Positions 58,230-64,000 of a stretch of 64,000 nt of DNA are shown piece by piece. Source of the stretch: Marsupella aquatica (Eukaryota > Plantae > Marchantiophyta); contig OZ316896.1 of NCBI GenBank assembly GCA_973895155.1, positions 7,895,539-7,959,538 on the forward strand. Reading direction: 5' to 3'. Under the pieces are notes generated by a model. That model saw only the letters and a program-made list of their open reading frames with translations. It was not told the DNA's origin and ran no database searches. Numbering within the stretch: the stretch's first letter is position 1; every line of letters begins with the position of its first letter. Position numbers and translations under genes: made by a program.

Positions 58230-60698
58230 TGAGGTTAACAGTTAATTATCTGGAAAATCCGGACGAAAGGGAGGAATATGATTATGACCCCACCTACGTT
58301 ATACAGACGGTAGTCGGAGGACAATATTTTCCTCCTGCACTTGCACCTCTTCCTAATTGGACGCCTCCCAAGCCGGCTTTTAATAGACCAGTTCCCCGAC
58401 CGCCCATGGGACCACCAGGAGGGTATCCTCCGAGAGGAGCCCCACGGCAACGGGGAGCTTGTTGGAATTGTGGTCAAACTGACCATTACTCTCCTCAATG
58501 TCCATATCCTAAAAGGGAAGAAGGGTACACCCCAGTCTGTGGAAATTGTGGAAAAGAAGGACATTTGTCCGTCGAATGTCCAAGTCCACCCAAACCCAAA
58601 ATGATGGTCCGGTTTGCTCAGGAACCAGTAAAAGAAGAAAGCAGGCCAGAAGCTAAGGTCAGAATGGTGTACTCAGAAGAGGTGGAGCATTGTGGAATGA
58701 TTCAACACTCAGATGTAAATCGAGTGGAGTTGAAGTCGAATTCTGTGTTTCACCAACCCTTAGCAGGGGTTGTACCTGATGTACTGGTAGATCATTTGGT
58801 AAAGCCCGAAGTGGTTGGTATGCCCAATACTCAAGTTCAGGATCGAGACAAAGTTCTAACCAACATATATGCCACTACTCGCTCTAAGAAAAAGGAGGAG
58901 AAGAAACTGGACGAACGGCAATCCAGGAACATCCCAAAGGGCAAGAAGCGTACCCCTTCTGAAGAAGGACTCCCCAAGGAAGACGACCCGGCATATGATC
59001 GCTATAACCCAAAGTATTTCTTACCGGATATTTCACCAGAGGTAAAAGCGCACTTGGAGGAATTGGTTAAAGATCAAGTACTTCAACCAACACCCCCAGC
59101 GGTAGCAAAAGCAGATGCATCACCAACTCCAAGAGCTCAGGGATATGACATTGTTGAGGATGTGAAAAATCATCCTGCTCATATTACAATTGGTGAATTA
59201 TTGCAAGATAATCCAATTTATAGACAACAATTAAGGGGACTAATTACAGGTAAACGACGTAAACGGAAATTACCTCTTGTGGAGGTTTTGCGATTAGAAT
59301 GGGAAGATAAAGGCCCTATGGAGATTGAGATCCAAATTCAAGGTTGCGTTGTCTGAAGCGTCCCAGTGGATGGTGGATCAAGTGTTAACTTGATTACTCA
59401 GCAGATCAGCGTTCAACTTGGGATTCACTAAGTTTGAAGCTACTCCAAAAATTCTGCGCATGGCAGATCAATCTCGGGTGGTTCCGGTGGGCAAACTAAG
59501 TCAAGTAGAAACACTCATTGTTGGAGTGCCCTTCTTTCTGGACTTTGTGGTCATCAACCCAGAAGTTCCGTCTAGTTTTCTTGTTCTGCTGGGACGACCC
59601 TGGCTCTATAAAGCCCAGGTGCAAGTCAATTGGCAAGCTCAAGAGCTGTCCTTTGGGAAGCCTAAGGTTACGGTTAGCTGGGTTCCTGAGATACATAGGG
59701 GAGAGACACAGACGGATGATGGCTATACTTCGGATTTCTTTGACTCTAATCTTATTTTGCAACCCTTGGAGTTTGATCTGGAAGAGGTCCGATACTTAGA
59801 AATTTATTTTTTAGAAGGCACTAATGACCCTGCATCACAAACCATGGAGCCCTCTTGACAATTAAACTGGGAAGGGACATCCTCTACAGTAACAGCTAGT
59901 TCCCCCGTTGACAATTACATTGGTGGGCCTGGTGTCCGTAGGACCCCCTTTCCCCTATTAGGCTCACCATCGGAGCAGACCGAATTCCCACCTTCACTAA
60001 CCGAACTAGAACTTCAACCGGCAAATCTTACTGACGGCATTGTTGATCCTAAAGCTTGTCAACGGGTGGAAATTGAGCCAAGCAAGTTCCTTAATATTGG
60101 CAAGCACATTCAAGGGAAATTACGGGACCAGTATATCAGTTTGTTGACCCAGTATAAAGATGTCTTTGCTTGGAGTCATTCAGATTTAAAAGGCATACAT
60201 CCACATTTAGGTGAACATCACATTGATTTAATGGAAGGAGCAGTGCTGGTCAGGCAGAGGCAATATCGATTAAACCCCAAATACTCAGTACTTGTAAAGG
60301 AGGAATTGGACAAGTTAACAGCCGCAGGATTTATTTACCCAGTATTAAGTAGTGAATGGGTGTCCCCGATAGTCATTGTCCCTAAGAAACCAGGACCAGA
60401 TGGCAAGACCAAGATTTGAGTTTGTCAGGTTTTTCAAAAATTAAATGTCGCCACTCGGAAGGACCACTACCCCTTGCCATTCATTGATCTGGTACTGGAT
60501 TTGGTAGCTCTGCATGAATTATATAGTTTCTTAGATGGCTATTCTGGTTATAACCAGGTGTCTATCAGGAAAGAGGACAGAGACAAGACCACTTTCACCA
60601 TGGATTGGGGAACATATGCATTCACAATGATGCCATTTGGCTTGTGTAATGCTCCCGACACCTTTCAGTGTATTATGATGATTATTTTTTAGGAATAT
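58230..60698 (+). pseudogene. Ty3/Gypsy gag-pol fragment: two CCHC knuckles, aspartic protease, RT N-terminal half
   Basis: CWNCGQTDHYSPQC and CGNCGKEGHLSVEC; VDGGSSVNLI; LLGRPWL; YKDVFAWS, EWVSPIVIVPKK, FLDGYSGYNQV, MPFGLCNAP. In-frame stops; no 5' LTR. Confidence 0.93.
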
Positions 60699-63600
60699 TG
60701 TGATGCCTAGCCAGGAATCACTAGGCCAGTTAAGTGGGGAAAACGGAGGTGTACCCTATAAACACATTAGTATAGTAACAAAAACAAGGAAAATATAAAC
60801 AATTAAGGCTGACTATGGAACCTGGGCCGAGGCTGGAGGTAAGGACGTCGGGGGAGAGAACACGATTAGGGTTAGGGCGCACTAAGCATCGGCGGCTAGG
60901 GATAACCAACGGGAGGAAAGACCAGAGGAGGAGAGGGGTAAGGACCGCTCACGAGGAATGGTGGCTCATTTGCAAGCACAAACTGGGCAGACAACTATGG
61001 AAGGCCAACTATTGTCAGTTGCTTAGGCAAGCACTCTGGGCGGGAGCAGATACCAACGATCGAGTCAAGGAGGGTATGAGCAACGTCAATCAAGCGGCAC
61101 ATTTTTGGGGATGCCTGTTCGAACGGGAAACTGAGTACATTAGGACTTACGAGGATGAAGAATCGGAGAGAGCAGCTCGATAACGGCAGGAGCTCGCTCG
61201 ACTATGGGAGCTGTAGAAGTCTGCCTTCTTAGGAGGAGAACTCATCAAGGAGGAGAACTCATCAAGGCCGAGTTCTTGTGGACTCCTACTGCCAATTAGC
61301 TCGATGACCTTCTGTTTTGCGAAGACAAAATCGTCGGCATTCGGGAAGCCATCAACCACTGCAACGACGTGCACTGGGAGTTGAAGGGTAGCACGGAGGG
61401 GTGGACGAAGGCAACTATGCTAGGAGAAACATCCATGGCAGCCGAGATGAAGAGGAAAGGAAACAACAACGAAGAGGCCACCCCGGCAAAAAGAATGAGG
61501 TCGGCGGCACCAAGGAAGCCAGCAGAGCAGCAGAATAGGAGACAGGGAGAAGCCGAAGAGGAGGAGGTCGATCCCATCAATGCCATTCCAACAAAGGATG
61601 ACACCTGGAAAGGCTGGGCGGCGACCCTACCAGAGGAAGTGCAATTACATTTTGCACGGGAGGAGGATGCATGCTTTACGGCCATGCAGACCAAGAAGTA
61701 CCAGGGCTTCATGGCCGGATCCGGCTTGGAAGCCTTCGTAAGATTACCATGGCTGAAGTCAGAGGTGCCGGACTCAGACTTATTAGAATTCATGGGATCG
61801 TGGGAACCCAAGACCAATTCCACAAGGGTGTATGGGAAGGATTTCTATCTCACTCCCTGGGTGATTGCCGAGGTGTTTGGCTTGCCGATGGGTAATAAGA
61901 CCAAGGTTGATACCAGGAAGACCTTACCTGACAAGGAGTTCTGGTCGTTCCCAGGACCATCAACGAAGAATGGCTTCTTCCGGAACACCTGCACCAACCC
62001 GCACATCGGAGAGATGATCAATTTCTTGTGGGTGACATTGCATTGTAACTTGCCGAGGGCAGAGATAGGCAAGGCTCAGGTCTACCTGGCAGAAAGGCCA
62101 GACCCAGGCCGGGATTACAACGGGTACCTCCTCAACCAACTAAAGAAGATCTTGAAGGAGGAGCAGCAGGCGATCGGCGTGGGAAGCGTGTCCTGGCTTG
62201 GCTATCACATGCCGCTGTTGTGCCGGTATGCCAGAAGTCAAATCTTTGCCCCAGTACTTCCCCTATCGGCAAGGGCACCGGAGGAGGTTCCGGATCAGCG
62301 GCCGACAATAGAAGAGCCCAACCAGCCTGCCAGTCCTACGATCGAGCAGGTGTTTCGGCCAAGGAAAGAAGACTTGCCGATGCAGCAATCAGGCATGCAG
62401 AATCTGCTGAAAATGCTGGAGAAAGAGAGAATGGCACCAGCAACGGCAACGGCAACGGCACCGGTACGGGACACTGCCCTAGAGGCCGGCCTAAGCCGAC
62501 TCAGGAGGGAAAACCCCTTTACCGGAGCCAAGGAGAGAAGGAGGCCGGAACACAAGCCGGGAGTGCGAATGTATGTGGGAGCCTCAAGCCCCGAATCGGA
62601 GGCAGAGCAGCCAAAGGCTCCTTCCCGTGGAGAGCAGAGGGAGATGACAGCCTGGAACCCAGAGGAGGAACAAGAGCCCGTGGTCTGTGAGGCCGTTTTT
62701 ACGGCAGGACCAGGGGAGCAAAGGGGGAAGCCGGGAGTCCAAGCAGTGGAGGAGGCGTTGGAGGACTACAGCAATGATAACTTCGGCTATGGATCGGATC
62801 ATCATGTTCCAGGAGTAAGGACCTGTGGCTGATTTATCCCCATGCTTCCAAGAGTAGTTCGAGGGGACCCCACCCAGCAGAGTAGCCCCGAGTCACCCCC
62901 ATTAGAGGTTGCTCCCCCGAGCTTTGACGACATAAAGCAGACGGCACAAGAATTTCAGGAGCGACTTAGGGAGGAAGAGAAAGCAGCCCTAGCTAGGAAG
63001 AAAGATTTGCCAGGAGGAGATTGGCCGGAGGACATCAGGCGGCTTGCCAAAAAAAGAAGCAACCCTCTTGCCACCGTAGAAGAAATCCGCAAGGTAGCTT
63101 GGGAACAGAGGCCGAGGTGGTTGATACCGATGACTTCTACTTACTCCACCTATGCTAAAGATAGAGCCATGGAGTACGGGGAGATGTGTGGGGACCTGGC
63201 GCTCAGCATCTTTGGGGAGGAGTTGGAGCAGGGACCTTTCTTCTAGAGGGAGAGGTTGGAGAAGCACCGATTAGAAGAAGCGGTGGCTTTGGAGAGAAGC
63301 AAGAAGGACGAGGTTATCCGGCGGCTTAGGGAGAAGGAAGCCGAGGTGGAAGTCCTACAGGCGGCCAAGAAAGCCCAAGATGAGCTGCGGATTAAGCGGC
63401 ATGAGCTAAACATCATGCAAGGACAATTGGATGTTGCTCAGTCTGGCAATCAGATTATCAAGGATAAACTGACTCGGACCCAAGGAGAGTTGGCCAGCGC
63501 GGTCAAGGACAGGGAAAAGTGGAAGCAAGAGTTGAGGGACGCAGAGGAGGCCCACTTAACTGCCAACAACCGGGCCATGGCAGAGACTCAGAGAAGGGAG

Positions 63601-64000
63601 AGGGCGTTGAAAGGAGAGCTCGAAGATATCCGCGGAGCCCTTGAGCAGAAGGAAGCCGAGTTAGGGAAATCCTATCAAGGGATTATTGCGCTGCAGCAGG
63701 AGCTTGCGTCCCTGACGGCCAGCTTCAAGGCCGACCTGCGTGAAAAGGACGACCAGCTCGACCAGACTTATGCCAAGATGAATAAGATGGAGTCTGAGGT
63801 CATAGCAGAGCTCGACAAGGAGCTAAGAGCAACCCAGGAGGAGAGGGCTACCTTAAAATTGGAATTGGAAGAAGCTAGAAAGGAGCTCCAGGAGGGACGG
63901 AAGGACCTGGAGGAAGCCCAGGAGGAGTTGGAGGAAACCACCAAGAAGATGGAGAACTTACCTCGGCGGGCCAACAACCAAACGGAGCCTCTGAAGAAAT
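60699..64000 (+). mobile_element. L4: second copy of the L3 family, inserted in the Gypsy RT and running off the window
   Basis: Starts TGTGATGCCTAGCCAGGAATCACTAGGCC as L3 does; colinear ORF from 60815 (including the 487-aa ORF 61369-62832); lacks the MITE. Confidence 0.93.

Overview
Plant nuclear DNA; the intron style and element families suggest a non-seed plant, but this is a guess. The window holds one host gene, a 3-exon CASP-like gene at 5690-7397, followed by a deeply nested transposon pile. A minus-strand Copia retrotransposon (8845 to ~58221) is split by a 3.9-kb TG..CA element and by a 42-kb CACTA/EnSpm complex (CACTA-A, 15534-57603, TSD GTG). CACTA-A contains two more full-length CACTAs (B 35398-45404, C 45651-56672), two more 4-5 kb TG..CA elements and MITEs with 8-bp TSDs. 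A truncated Gypsy follows and is interrupted by a fourth TG..CA element. Two systems stand out. (1) All three divergent CACTA elements carry a SET-domain (lysine methyltransferase-like) exon between a Zn-ribbon first exon and the Tnp2/TnpD transposase exon. All junctions are phase 0, so one promoter could give Zn-SET or Zn-transposase products. A TnpA-like gene lies head-to-head across a G-rich, telomere-like spacer. (2) Three families of giant solo-LTR-like units (TG..CA, 5-bp TSD, no gag/pol) each encode a long PMD/Transposase_32-like plus coiled-coil protein, apparently within the LTR itself. All assignments come from reading motifs by eye; no searches were run.
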